A stretch of DNA of 64,000 bases from Chiloscyllium plagiosum (taxonomy: Eukaryota), in NCBI RefSeq assembly GCF_004010195.1, contig NC_057719.1:13175277-13239276 (forward strand), in the 5' to 3' direction. Each line of letters starts with the position of its first letter. The first letter of the stretch is position 1. The translations under genes and the position numbers were made by a program. This document shows, piece by piece, positions 40,394-52,274 of this stretch. Below the pieces are notes generated by a model. It was not told the DNA's origin. It worked only from the letters and a program-made list of their open reading frames with translations, and did no database searches.

Positions 40394-42270
40394 TCAAGAT
40401 TAGAGTGGTGCTGGAAATGCACAGCAGGTCAGGCAGCATCTGAGGAGCAGGAAAATCGACGTTTCGGGTAGGAGCCCTACATCAGGAATGAGGCTGGAAG
40501 CCTCGGGGGTGGAGAGATAAATTGGAGGGGGTGCGGCTGGGGAGAAGGCAGCTTGGAGTGCAATAGATGGATGGAGGTGGGGGTAAAGGTGATAGGTCAG
40601 AGAGGAGGGTGGAGTGGATAGGTGGGAATGAGGATTGACAGGTAGGACAGGTGATGAGGACGGTGTTGAGCTGGAAGGTTGGAACTGGGGTAAGTGGGGG
40701 GAGGGGAAATGAGGAAGCTAGTGATGTCCACATTGATGCCCTGGGGTTGAAGGGTTCTGAGGGGGAAGATGAGGCGTTCTTCCTTCAGGTGTTGGGTGGT
40801 GAGGGAACAGCGATGGAGGAGGCCCAGGACCTGCATGTCCTCGGCGGATTGGGAGGGGGAATTAAAATGTTGGGCCACAGGGCGGTGGGGTCGATTGGTT
40901 CGGGTGTCATGGAGATGTTCCCTGAAGCGCTCTGCGAGAAGGCATCCAGATTCCCCAATGTAGAGGAGACCTTGCCAGGAGCAACAGATACAATAAATGA
41001 CATTGGTGGAAGTGCAGGTAAAACTTTGATGGATGTGGAAGACTCCTTTAGGGCCTTGGATGGAGGTGAGGGAGGAGGTGTGGGTGCAGACTTTAAATTC
41101 CTGCGGTGGCAGGGGAAGGTGCCAGGATGGGAGGGTGGGTTGTTGGGGGGGCGTGGATCTGACCAGGTAGTCACAGAGGGAACGGTCTTTGCAGAAAGTG
41201 GGAAGATGTGGGGAGGGAAATATATCCCTGGTGGTGGGGTCTGTTTGGAAGTGGCGGAAATGTCAGTGGATGATTTGGTGTTTGCGAAGGTTGGTAGGGT
41301 GGAATGTGAGCACCAGGGGCGTTCTGTCCTTGTTACGGTTGGAGGGGTGGGGTTTGAGGGCGGAGGTGTGGGATGTGGATGAGATGCATTGGAAGGCATC
41401 TTCAACCATGTGGGAGGTCAAATTACGGTCTTTAAAGAAAGAGGCTATCTGGTGTGTTCTGTGGTGGAACTGGTCCTCCTGGGAGCAGATACTGCAGAGG
41501 CGGAGGAATTGGGAATACGGGATGGCAGTTTTGCAGGAGGTAGGGTGGGAAGAGGTGTAATCCAGGTATCTGTGGGAATCGGTGGGTTTGTAAAAAATGT
41601 CAGTGTTGAGTCGGTCGTCATTAATGGAGATGGAGAGGTTCAGGAAGGGGAGGGAGGTGTCAGAGATGGTCCAGGTAAATTTAAGGTCTGGGTGGAATGT
41701 GTTGGTGAAGTTGATGAACTGCTCAACCTCCTCCCAGGAGCACGAGGTGGGGCCGATGCAGTCATCAATGTAGCGGAGGAAGTGGTGCCGGTGTAACTAC
41801 GGAAGATGGACTGTTCTACGTAGCCAACAAAGAGACAGGCATAGCTGGGGCCCATTCAGCTGCTCATAGTTACCCCTTTGGTCTGGAAGAAGTGGGAGGA
41901 TTCGAAGGAGAAATTGTTAAGGGTGAGGACCAGTTCGGCCAAACAGACGAGAGTGTCAGTGGAAGGGTACTGGTGGGGACATCGGGAGACGAAGAAACAA
42001 AGGGCTTGGAGGCTCTGGTCATGGCGGATGGAGGTGTAGAGGGATTGGATGTCCATGATGAAGATGAGCCATTTGGGGCTGGAGAAATGAATGTCTTGGA
42101 GGAGGTGGAGGGCGTGGGTGGTGTGCCAAACGTATGTGGGGGGTGTTCCTGGATTAGGAGGGATAGGACAGTATTGAGGTATGTGGAGATGAGTTCGGTG
42201 GGGCAGGAGCAGACTGAGACAATGGGTCGGCTGGGGTGGTCAGGCTTGTGGATCTTAGGAAGGAGGTATA
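40394..42270 (-). mobile_element. Penelope-like element (family B): RT, GIY-YIG and pLTR, 5'-truncated
   Basis: MDIQSLYTSI, QTKGVTM, GPSYACLFVG, RYIDD (41761-41775), VIYCICC...LLYIG; HHR at about 40454-40489 with CUGAUGU substitution. Confidence 0.95.
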
Positions 42271-42271
42271 C

Positions 42272-43380
42272 TCAATGCTCTGACCAAATGCCTTCTTCAC
42301 TATCCTATCTATCTGCGACTCTACTTTCAAGAAACTATGAACATGCACTCCAAGGTCTCTTTGTTCAGCACCACTCTCCAGGACCTTACCATTAAGTGTA
42401 TAAGTCCTGCTCTGACTTGCCTTCCCACCTCATATTTATCTAAATTAAACTCCATCTGCCACTCCTCAGCCCATTGGCCCATCTGATCAAGATCCCGTTG
42501 TACTCTGAGGTAGCCTTCTTCATTGTCCAGTGCACCTCTAATTTTGGTATCAATTGCAAACTTACTAACTATACCTCCATTAATCACATCCATATCATTT
42601 ATATAAATGATGAAAAGCAGTGGATCCAGCACCGATCCTTGTGGCACTCCACTGATCACATGCTTCCAGTCTGAAAAACAACCCTCCACCATGGCCTGCT
42701 TTTGCCCTTCAAATTCCTTTTTTAGGTTCTTTCCTACTTTCCTTATATACTTCAAGAGCTTCATCAGTTCCCATCCTCCTAGACCTTACATTTGCTTCCT
42801 TTTTCTTTTTGACCAAGGTTATAACATCCTTGGTCATCCACCGTTTACATAACATGCCATACCAATCCTTCATTCTCCTAGGAACATGCCGCTCCTGAAC
42901 TCTTATCAACTGCCATTTGAAAATGCTCCCACATGTCTGATGTCGATTTATCCTCAAACAGCCACATCCAATCAAAATTCTCCAGTTCCTGCCTAACATC
43001 GTTGTAATTTGCCTTCCTGCAATTTAACACCTTTGCCCAAGGAGTATCTCTATCCATAAATATCTTAAAATGCATGGTATTATGATCACTACTCCTGAAA
43101 TGTTCCTCCACTGAAATTTCACTCACCTGTTTGGACTCATTTCCCAAAACCAGGGCCAGTGTAACCCCTTACCTGATTGGGCTGCCCACAGACTGTGCCA
43201 AGAAACCTTCCTGAATGGCCCTTACAATTTCTGCCCCACTCATACACCTCGCAAGAAGTCGATCCCAGTCAATGTAGGGGAAGTTAAAATCACCCACATA
43301 ACAACCCGACTGTTCTTGTATCTTTCCAAAATCTGTCTTCGAATTGTCTCCTTCCGCAGGCTCTTGGGAGGCCTGTACTC
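42272..43380 (-). mobile_element. CR1 LINE relic (APE/RT with deletions)
   Basis: [23 protein letters not shown]. Confidence 0.88.
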
Positions 43381-43504
43381 ACCAGATGATCATGCTCCTG
43401 ACGCCGACGGAAGGTTGGATTGAAATTGGAAAGCTCCCAGTTTAGTTAGGAACTGAAGGCTGCAGGAGGTCAGAAGGCCTTGACATGTAGTTAAGAACAT
43501 TTCA

Positions 43505-43780
43505 TAAAATTAATTCACAGGATCTGGGTGTCACTGATTCGGCCAGCATTAATTGCACATCCCTAGTTGAGTTATTGTTGTGGATCTGGAGTCACATGTA
43601 CACCAGGCTGGTTAAGGATGGCAGTTCTGCAGAAGTGTCACTGGACTCAGATTGTAACTTTACTTGGTGTCCATAGGCACTGCCATGCCTTCTCCAGCAA
43701 TTCCTGCTTCTGTTCCCTAGAACATTACCTGGGTGTCTAAATTAATAGACTAGTGATAACATCACTAGGCTATTATCTCC
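43505..43780 (-). mobile_element. tRNA-headed SINE-like copy (family of 63493), rearranged
   Basis: ggagtcacatgta and agaacattacctgggtgtct...actaggc segments. Confidence 0.55.
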
Positions 43781-43880
43781 ATTACATCACCTGAGGCCAC
43801 ATTGATCAACTTGTAGAAGGCTTCCCTGTGAGCTAATGGCCCTAAATGAGGTGGCCATTCATTCTTACGCAGCACAGATC

Positions 43881-44195
43881 TCAGTTATATCCATCTCCCC
43901 CAGGGGACATGGCTCTGTCTCCCAGACTCAGTGGCATCCATCTCCCCCAGGGGACATGGCTCTGTCTCCCAGCCTCAGTGATATCCATCTCCCCCAAGGG
44001 ACATGGCTCTGTCCTCCAGCCTCAGTGATATCCACCTCCCCCAGGGAATATGCCTCAGCCTCCCTGTCTCAGTGATATCCATCTCCCCCAGGAGACATGC
44101 CTCTGTCTCCCAGACTCAATGATATCCATCTCTCCCCCAGGGGACATGGCTCTGTTTTCCCTCCTCAGTATACCCGACTCCCTCACAGGACATGT
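43881..44195. repeat. 47-bp minisatellite, about 6.5 copies
   Basis: Unit tcagtgatatccatctcccccaggggacatggctctgtctcccagcc starts at 43881, 43928, 43975, 44022, 44069, 44116, 44165. Confidence 0.95.
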
Positions 44196-45066
44196 CAATT
44201 GTCAATCCTCCAGTCCCTCCCATAGGGCCCTCAATGCCTCGCATTGCCCTACAATGAGAGTATAATTGAACAGTGAATGTACAGGTGGCCAAATAGGTGG
44301 CACCTCATGTCAAGTTGCACTGGTCAATGTGTATCTGACGTCTGGTCTAATGATCAGTGGAAATCTCACCCTCTTGTCTCCAAAACTCAAGTTAAAAATC
44401 TCAATTTCAATATGCTGGTCATGTATATGACACAGTACTTGATACGTGTAATGCTGGCTGTCCTATCAATTCCTGCTTTCTGTCAACCCCATTGCCATTT
44501 CTCTTCTTGAATCAGCGAAGAAAAAAATTTTCCCTCGTGAGTGTTGTGGCCTGATTTAGTTTGAGTTTCGCTCAGGGAATGTACACATCTCTATAAAGCT
44601 AAATGGGCTGGCAATCCATCTCACTTGGTGCTCTCATTAAATTTCATTCTGCTTCCCTGTAAGGTGCCAAGGTTGGGAGGGAGGCAAGAGCAGTGTTAAC
44701 AAATTGGAACTTGTAGCGAATCAGGCGGCCAGAATCCTTCCGAAGTACAGCCTTCCCAGATCTGTCCAATTAAAGGAACCTCGTTGCTATAGCAAGGCTT
44801 CTGCAAATCATTTACCTTGTGAACGACTTCATCAGCCTTTCAGATGGAAATGAGCACCGTCTCCCATCCTGTGGAGTGCTTTAACTTCACAGATCGCAAC
44901 CTTTTATTGCCAATCATTGGTTTTTAAAGTTAAATTGCTTTTCAGTTCCAATATTCCCAGTTTGAAGGAGGGACTAGATTGGAATGTCGCTTATACAGGG
45001 ATGCAGCCAGTTTATATGATGGTTCTGCTGGAATTCTGCCCCTCCTAATGCAGGCCTGATGGTATC

Positions 45067-45270
45067 CAGGTCATTCTGCTATAGTTCGCATTTCGTCAAC
45101 ACAAATTCACTGTAATGTGATCGACGAACTGGGGACGCTGTTTCTAAAGCACAAATTTTAAAGTGTATGTTGGCTGGAGCATGAGTGCATTGCCAACACT
45201 TTAAACACTGCTTCTAAAGTGTGCTTTTTCTACAACACAAGAGCACAACCATCATGTTATGGAAGAACTG
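45067..45270. mobile_element. Tigger-like MITE, third family
   Basis: caggtcattctgctatag ... gttatggaagaactg followed by TA. Confidence 0.6.
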
Positions 45271-45339
45271 TACATTATAGAATCCATGCTGGTGTTAGCG
45301 TGGCACCTGCAAACTTTGGCAGAAGGGAGACTGAAACCT

Positions 45340-46760
45340 GGAGTCATAGTCATACAGATCCTTAGGTCCAACTCATCCATGCTGACCAGATATCTTAAAT
45401 TAATCTAGTCCCATTTGCCAGCACTTGGCCCATATCCCTCTAAACTCTTTCTATTCATTTACCCATCCAGATGCCTTTTAAATGCTGCAATTGTACCAGC
45501 CTCCACCACTTCCTCTGGCAGTTCATTCCATACACGTACCACCATCTGTGTGAAAACGTTACCCCTTAAGTCCATTTTAAAACTGTTCCCTCTCACCTTA
45601 AACCTATGCCCTCTAGTTTTGGACTCCCCTGCCCTGGGAAAATGACTTCATGATTTTATAAACCTCGATAAAGGTCACTCCTTGGCCTCCAGGGAAAAAA
45701 GCCCCAACCTACTCAGCCGTTCCCATAAACCAAACCCACCAGCCCCAGCAACAAGCTTGTAAATCTTTTCTGCAAACTTTTAAGTTTAAAAAACATCTTT
45801 CCTATAGCAGGGCATTGAATGTAGTATTCTAAAAGTGGCCACAACCACAAAATGACGTGCCAACTTCTATACTCAGTGTTCTGACCAATGAAGGAAATCA
45901 TGCTAAGTGCCTTCTTCATCACACTTTCTACATGTGACTCCACTTTTAATGAACTTTGGACCTGCACCCCTAAGTCTCTTTGTTTGGCAACACCTCCCAG
46001 GACCCTACCATTAACTGTATAAGTTCTGCCCTGGATTGCCTTACCAAAATGCAACACCTTACATTTATCTAAATTAAACTCTTTCTGTCATTCCTTGGCT
46101 CATTGACCTACCTGATCAAGACCCTGTTGTACTCTGAGGTAACCATCTTCACTGTCCACTACACCAGCTATTTTGGTGTCACCTGCAAACTTACCAACCA
46201 TACCTCCTATATTCACATCCAAATCATTTACATAAGTGATGGAAAGCAGTGGACCCAGCACTGATTCTTGTGGCACTCAGCTGGTCACAGGCCTCCAGTC
46301 TGAAAACAACCCTCTACCATCACCTCCAGTCTCCTACCTTCAAGCCAGTTGACTAGCTTCCTCTGGATCCAATGTGATCCAACTTTACTAACCAGTCTAC
46401 TGTGCCTTACAGTGCCAGTCACCCAGGTTCGATTCCATCCTCGGGTGACTGTCTGCGTGGAGTTTGCACATTCTCCCCGTGTCTGTGTGGGTTTCCTCAG
46501 GGTGCTCCAGTTTCCTTCCACAGTCCAAAGATGTGCGGGTTAGGTGGGTTAGCCATGGCAAAGTTGTCCTTAGTGTCTGAGGATATGTAGGCTAGGTGGG
46601 TTAGCCATGGGAAATATGGGGTTACAGAGATTCTATGCAGAAACATGTTGAATGCTCTGCCCTCAGCAATCTTCTTTGTCACTTCTTCAAAAGATTCAAT
46701 CGAGTTAGTGAGATATAATTTCCCACACACAAAACCATGTTGACTATCCCTAATCAGTCT
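45340..46760 (-). mobile_element. CR1 LINE RT-3' part interrupted by an HE1 SINE (+, about 46381-46636)
   Basis: LTNSIESFEE, KFAGD, LHFGKA and the CR1 3' UTR. Confidence 0.9.
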
Positions 46761-47238
46761 TGATTGACAAAGCTAGTTTATTGCATAGTACTTAATAGCT
46801 AGTTACATTGCAACAAAGTAACATGATAGTCTCTTGTGATAAATCAGACTGGCTACATTACTATAAGTTACATGAAAAATAGAACTGGAACAACTCAAAA
46901 CTGAACTGAGAAGAGGTAGACTGGTTAGCTCCTTCCAAGGACAGACCTCTATATCCTGATGAGCAGAGCCTATCTCCTAATGTCAGTTAACCATTTCAGG
47001 TTACTGATGGAAATGTGTTGCTGGAAAAGCGCAGCAGGTCAGGCAGCATCTAGGGAACAGGAGAATCGACGTTTCGGGCATTAGCCCTTCTTCTAATGCC
47101 CGAAACGTCGATTCTCCTGTTCCCTAGATGCTGCCTGACCTGCTGCGCTTTTCCAGCAACACATTTCCATCTCTGATCTCCAGCATCTGCAGACCTCACT
47201 TTCTCCTCATTTCAGGTTACTAGCCTCCTTACACAACA
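46761..47238 (-). mobile_element. Probable LTR hosting the 47006 hairpin
   Basis: Minus strand starts TGTTGTGT and has AATAAA near its end (46777-46782); no TSD seen. Confidence 0.4.
47006..47207. mobile_element. 202-bp PLE-derived perfect foldback insertion
   Basis: 78-bp perfect inverted arms (47006-47083 / 47094-47171), 36-nt tail, 14-bp TSD catttcaggttact (46992-47005, 47208-47221). Confidence 0.95.
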
Positions 47239-47552
47239 CCTCATTTTAATCAGTCTACCATTGCTGGCCAGGCTTTCAGCTGCCTGGATTCAAGGGCCTG
47301 GAGTTTTTCCCAAGATAGTCTGCCTCCCTACACTTTCTTTCTTGAAGACCACTCTTCAAAGATTATCCTGATAACTCTTCCATGATTAAGTGTCAGGTTT
47401 TACCCAATTAGCCTCCTGTGAAGCCCCTTGGAGTGTTGTATGACGTTAAGGAATCTATAGGAGAAAGTGAGGTCTGCAGATGCTGGAGATCAAAGTTGAA
47501 ACTTTATTGCTGGAACAGCACAGCAGGTCAGGCAGCATCCAGGGAACAGGAG

Positions 47553-47588
47553 ATTCGACGTTTCAGGCACAGGCCCTTCTTCAGGAAT
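47553..47588 (-). ncRNA. Minimal type I hammerhead ribozyme (family B), intact core
   Basis: AUUC-CUGAAGA-a-GGGC-cugu-GCCU-GAAA-CG-UC-GAAU. Confidence 0.85.
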
Positions 47589-47855
47589 GAGCAGAGAGTG
47601 TTCAGCAGGAGAAGATAAAAGGTAGGGAGGAGGGACTTGGAGGAGGGGAGTTGGAAGTGGAGGAGATGCGGTGGAGGGCACCGTCGACCACGTCGCCTTC
47701 CTGACCTGCAGTCTTCTTGTTGACCTCTCCGCCTCCATCCTACTCCGACCTATCACCCTCACCTTGACCTCTTTCCACCTATCACATTTCCAACTCCCCT
47801 CCTCCAAGTCCCTCCTCCCTACCTTTTATCTTCTCCTGCTGAACACTCTCTGCTC

Positions 47856-47891
47856 ATTCCTGAAGAAGGGCCTGTGCCCGAAACGTCGAAT
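47856..47891 (+). ncRNA. Minimal type I hammerhead ribozyme (family B), intact core
   Basis: AUUC-CUGAAGA-a-GGGC-cugu-GCCC-GAAA-CG-UC-GAAU; predicted cleavage after C47887. Confidence 0.88.
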
Positions 47892-48672
47892 CTCCTGTTC
47901 CCTGGATGCTGCCTGACCTGCTGTGCTGTTCCAGCAATAAAGTTTCAACGTTAAGGAATCTATAGAATTACAAGCTGATAATGTCGTGAAATGCAGCAAT
48001 GGAATTTCTGCCCACTTCCAAAGAGCACAGAGGGAATGACTTCCATGCTGTGTCCATATGCAAATGACAGAGTTAGGACAGGACAGTCTTACTGCTGTCC
48101 TGGTGAGGATGTGAAACCTACTTAGCAGCTGCTAGGAGGAATCCCCAATTCCCTATTGAACCAGCATTGCTTTGTACATCTAACCCCAGCCTGACCTCCT
48201 TTAAATTGCAGACAGCAAGCTCTCCACACTAACGTTCTTAAACAGGATGTTCAGGGCTTTTTTAGCTGGGCTTCTAACTCCCATCTGTTCTTCCTGTTTG
48301 GATGGTGCTGCTTTTCCACAATACTAACATTCCTGTTGGTGTCAACACTAATTAAGAGCCAAACCTTGCTTCTGATTCCCCTTTTTAGCAGACCAAGACT
48401 GACTAGCTTGTACAGACAGAACAACAAATGAGGACATACTGCTTTTTTTAATGAGTTGTGCACTGTTGGAGGGCTATTAAGGATTGCAATGCCAAAAAGC
48501 ACATGGAATATTTCCATATTGCAGCAAATACAGAATGTTCTTCACAGTAAATCTCCCCACGGAGATGACATTGTTGGATTCTATGATGTCCCTTTCAAGC
48601 TCCCCAGGAACTGAGGTCCATGGGAAATCTCCTAAAAGCTGTAATGAAGCTGTTGTAATGGATGGCATCCTT

Positions 48673-48986
48673 GATTAGATTAGATTATTTACAGTGTGGA
48701 AACAGGCCTTTCGGCCCAACAAGTCCACACCGCCCCGCCGAAGCGCAACCCACCCATACCCCTACATTTACCCCTTACCTAACACTACGGGCAATTTAGC
48801 ATGGCCAATTCACCTGACCTGCACATCTTTGGACTGTGGGAGGAAACCGGAGCACCCGGAGGAAACCCACACAGACACGGGGGGAACGTGCAAACTCCAC
48901 ACAGTCAATCGCCTGAGGCGGGAATTGAACCCGGGTCTCTGGTGCTGTGAGGCAGCAGTGCTAACCACTGTGCCACCGTGCCGCCC
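48673..48986 (-). mobile_element. HE1/V-type SINE, young full-length copy
   Basis: Reverse complement close to 23794-24108. Confidence 0.95.
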
Positions 48987-49024
48987 ACTCTCTTGAGTCG
49001 AGAGGAATCCTGTATTTTCGAGGG

Positions 49025-49330
49025 AGAGGGTGGCATAGTGGTAATGTTGCTTTATTAGTTAACCAGATGGCCATGCCAATGCTGTCGGAAATTGAAAGCT
49101 AGTTTCAGCAATGGAGAACGATGACAATTTACAAGGATAGTTGTTAACACCCATGTAATTCACTAACGTCTGTTAGGGAAGGAAACTTGCCGTCATTACC
49201 TGGTCTGGCCTCAATGTGACTCCAGATCCACAGATTGCTTCTTAGCAGCCCAGTGAAACAGCTGAGCAAGCCACTCTGATCAAGGGGAAGTTGGGATGGG
49301 TAATAAATTCTGGCTTTGTCAATAGTGCTC
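49025..49330 (+). mobile_element. tRNA-headed SINE-like copy (family of 63493)
   Basis: tggcatagtgg A box, tgactccagatccacag body, gggatgggtaataaa 3' part. Confidence 0.65.
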
Positions 49331-49377
49331 ACCTTCTGGTTGCTGAATGGATGGAACTGATTGAACTCACGATGAAC

Positions 49378-49510
49378 TTCCTCATGAAGAGCTTTTGCCC
49401 GAAACATTGATTTTCCTGCTCCTCGGATGCTGCCTGACCTGCTGTGCTTTTCCAGCGCCACTCTAATCTAGACTCTGGTTTCCAGCATCTGCAGCCCTTG
49501 TTTTTACCTT
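49378..49510 (+). mobile_element. PLE pLTR fragment with decayed HHR and tail
   Basis: ctcatgaagagcttttgcccgaaacattga...ccagcatctgcagcccttgtttttacct. Confidence 0.8.
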
Positions 49511-50239
49511 CAAGCCTATAATAGGACATCATCATTTCCCTTGCAGCAGTCAGCAATACCCTAAAACATCGAAGAGAAAATTAAAAATCTAAACGCAACC
49601 TTGAGAGAAAAAGTGGCAGCAGCACTAATGACTGATCATCATCATGATGCCAATAATTTTAAGATTAGATACAGTGTAATGAGATGTATTTCCTGCTGGC
49701 ACCATACAGAACTCATTATAGACTGCCCTAATGGAGTGTCAGGCCCTTAACAGATCCTCTGTACTGCAATATGATATAATGATTGTTTTGCATTCCACCC
49801 CACAAGTACTGGTGTTAGCCCAGATCTTCAATGTACTGAGCAAACCCAATACAAAAGAACTTTGTGTTCCACAGGGCTTTAAATTGAAAGGATTTCTTGG
49901 AATTACAATTCATGAAAAAAAAACTTGTCATGGAGTGTTGTTCAAGAGAGGCATCAAAATGTGCTTCGCATCATCAGAAGTATTAGAATGACAAAAGGAT
50001 GTTTTTAAAAAGTCGAAATGATAAATGAGATGAGAAAGAGATGGAAGACTCAGTGGGGAAGAATCCAGCTGTTTGTCACATTTCAGCAACTTGCTATTTC
50101 CATTAAAAAGCACCTGGAATCATGGCAAGGACCAGGAAATGGGGATGCAACAACAGGGAGGAAACGAAACCAAATTTTGAGAGCGAGAATACCACTGGAG
50201 TAAGAAGTAGTAAGATATTAGGCAGGATTGGAGTAAAAG

Positions 50240-51270
50240 AGAATGCAATATGATCTAAATTAGACTCACAATGCATACATGACATCTGGTAACGAAGTTT
50301 GGTGAGCTTCAGGCACAGATCATCAGTAGAAATGTGATGGTTTGGCAATAGTGGAGATCTAGCTCAAAAACTGCAGGACTGCGTAGTGAATACTACTTGG
50401 TCCAGGAATTATTGAGCTGTAAAGAGTGGGAAAGAGGAGACAGCATTGATGATAGAGAATGGGTAGTTGCAGAAAAAGGATTTCCTGACTGCATCAAGGA
50501 TCTAATTAGTTAAAACAAGAAAAAAATGGTACCGTTCCACCACTGGGTACATTCTATCGATCACCGACCAGTGGGGAAGTTACAGGAGAACAAATTGAGA
50601 TGGAAAGTACAAAGATACAAACATAAACAGTAGTCATATGGTGGATCTCAGGCCAGAATAGTAACTGTGTAAAGGCAGAAACAAAGAGGTTTCAACAGTG
50701 TGGAGGAGAAATAGTTTGGCCCATAGGTTTCTGGCCCTGATAAGGGAGGCTTCGTTATTAGGTCAGTATGAAACCATTTAAATAGAGGCGTGGAGAATGA
50801 GGTTATGGTGAAATTTCATCAATAAAAAATATGTGGTTTCACCTCATTTGGAGCATTGTATTCAATTCTAGGTGCCACACTTTGGGAGGGAAAGAAAGAT
50901 AATAATTAGAGAGTTCGCTGAAAAGATTCATGTGAATGGGTCCAAGTTTGAGTGAATGTAGTTTTTTGGGTAGATGAGAGAAGCTTAGGCTCTTGTCCTT
51001 AGAGAAGATACAGTTTTGATAGAGGTTTTTAGTCATGAGATGTTTGGGCAGAGTGAATAGAGAGATTCTGTTCCCATGGGTGAGATACTTGAGAGTGAGA
51101 GGACATTGATTACTTCAAGATACAAAGGCAACATGAAAAAAGCCTTTTTCCAGCAGCGAATGACTAGAACGCACTGTCTGAGAGTCTGTGGAAGGAGCTT
51201 CAATGGTCACTTTCAAAACAGACTTGGATCATTATTGAATAGGAAAGAAATCACCAGGGTCTGGGACACG
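50240..51270 (+). mobile_element. Heavily degraded CR1 relic (APE and 3' parts)
   Basis: Residual GTFYRSP, EHCIQF and KAFFQQR motifs. Confidence 0.6.
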
Positions 51271-51278
51271 GTTGAATG

Positions 51279-51482
51279 TGGAGAAAGTGAGGACTGCAGA
51301 TTCTGGAGTTCAGAGTCGAGAGTGTGGTGCTGGAAAAGCACAGCAGGTCAGGCAGCATAGGAGCAGGAGAGTCAACGTTTTGGGCTCTTCATGATGAAGG
51401 GCTTCTGCCTGAAACTTCAATTCTCCTACTCCTCAGCTGCTGCCTGACTGGCTGTGCTTTTCCAGCACCACATTCTCGAAAA
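51279..51482. mobile_element. Foldback PLE-derived insertion, older
   Basis: Inverted arms, about 37-nt tail on the left, TSD ggttgaatg (51270-51278, 51483-51491). Confidence 0.85.
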
Positions 51483-51647
51483 GGTTGAATGCATCATATA
51501 TTCTCCATACTTCCAAACCTTTAACATTCAAGATTAGAATGGCTGAACATGACAATGTGCAGTTTTGGTCTCTTTATTTAAGGTAGGTGGATATTCATTG
51601 AGTGGCAAGCTGTTCTAGGAATGGAGCCTCACAGCATTTTATTAAAA

Positions 51648-51981
51648 TCATAGAACCCTTACAGTGTGGAAGTAGGTCATTCGGCCCAACAGGGCCACAC
51701 CGACCCTCTGAACAACATCCCACCCAGATTCACCCTACATTTCCTATGGCTAATCCACCTAACCTACACATCTCTGCACACAATGGACAATTTAGCATGG
51801 CCAATCCACCTAACCAGCACATCTTTGGACTGTGGGAGGAAACTGGAGCACCCCGGTGGAAACCCACACAGTCACGGGGAGAATGTGCAAACTCCAAATA
51901 GACAGTCACCTGAGGCTGGAATTGAATCCAGTCCCTGGTGCTGTGAGGCAGCAGTGCTAACCACTGAGGCACTGTGCTGCC
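51648..51981 (-). mobile_element. HE1/V-type SINE
   Basis: Reverse-complement V-domain and tRNA head. Confidence 0.88.
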
Positions 51982-52133
51982 ACAAGTCTGGTAAGATGGG
52001 GCCTGATTCAGGGAGGAGGGATGCTAGAGGGGTGGAATAAGTAATTAATGATGTGTTTGGTAAGAGGTGTTGAGAAATCTCATTGGGCCTTAGGGCAAGA
52101 TCTTTCCAAAAACCTTAATGCAGCTTACACTTA

Positions 52134-52225
52134 CAGCATTCCTGAAGAAGGGCCTGTGCCCGAAACGTCGAATCTCCTGTTCCCTGGATGCTGCCTGACC
52201 TGCTGTGCTGTTCCAGCAATAAAGT
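52134..52225 (+). mobile_element. 92-bp HHR-only PLE-derived insertion
   Basis: 15-bp TSD tgcagcttacactta (52119-52133, 52226-52240); matches about 47855-47944. Confidence 0.93.
52138..52173 (+). ncRNA. Minimal type I hammerhead ribozyme (family B), intact core
   Basis: Same motif as 47856-47891; predicted cleavage after C52169. Confidence 0.88.
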
Positions 52226-52274
52226 TGCAGCTTACACTTAGCCATACTAATGCAGGATTCTGCTTGATCATTTG

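Larger units (their letters stand above)
47461..47947. mobile_element. Foldback PLE-derived insertion with an HHR on each strand
   Basis: Arms 47495-47657 / 47788-47949, 34-nt tail 47461-47494, TSD (ac)gttaaggaatctatag (47443-47460, 47948-47965). Confidence 0.95.

Noticed and set aside
40651..41796. Long + strand ORFs (243 aa, 135 aa)
   Set aside because: Antisense shadows of the minus-strand PLE.
43881..44195. CRISPR-like array
   Set aside because: Head-to-tail units with no unique spacers, no cas genes, vertebrate context.
46955..46985. Hammerhead at ctgatgag
   Set aside because: No stem II followed by GAAA.
47006..47947. DNA-transposon MITE reading of the foldbacks
   Set aside because: Variable long TSDs, asymmetric arms and homology to PLE 3' ends indicate retrotransposition.
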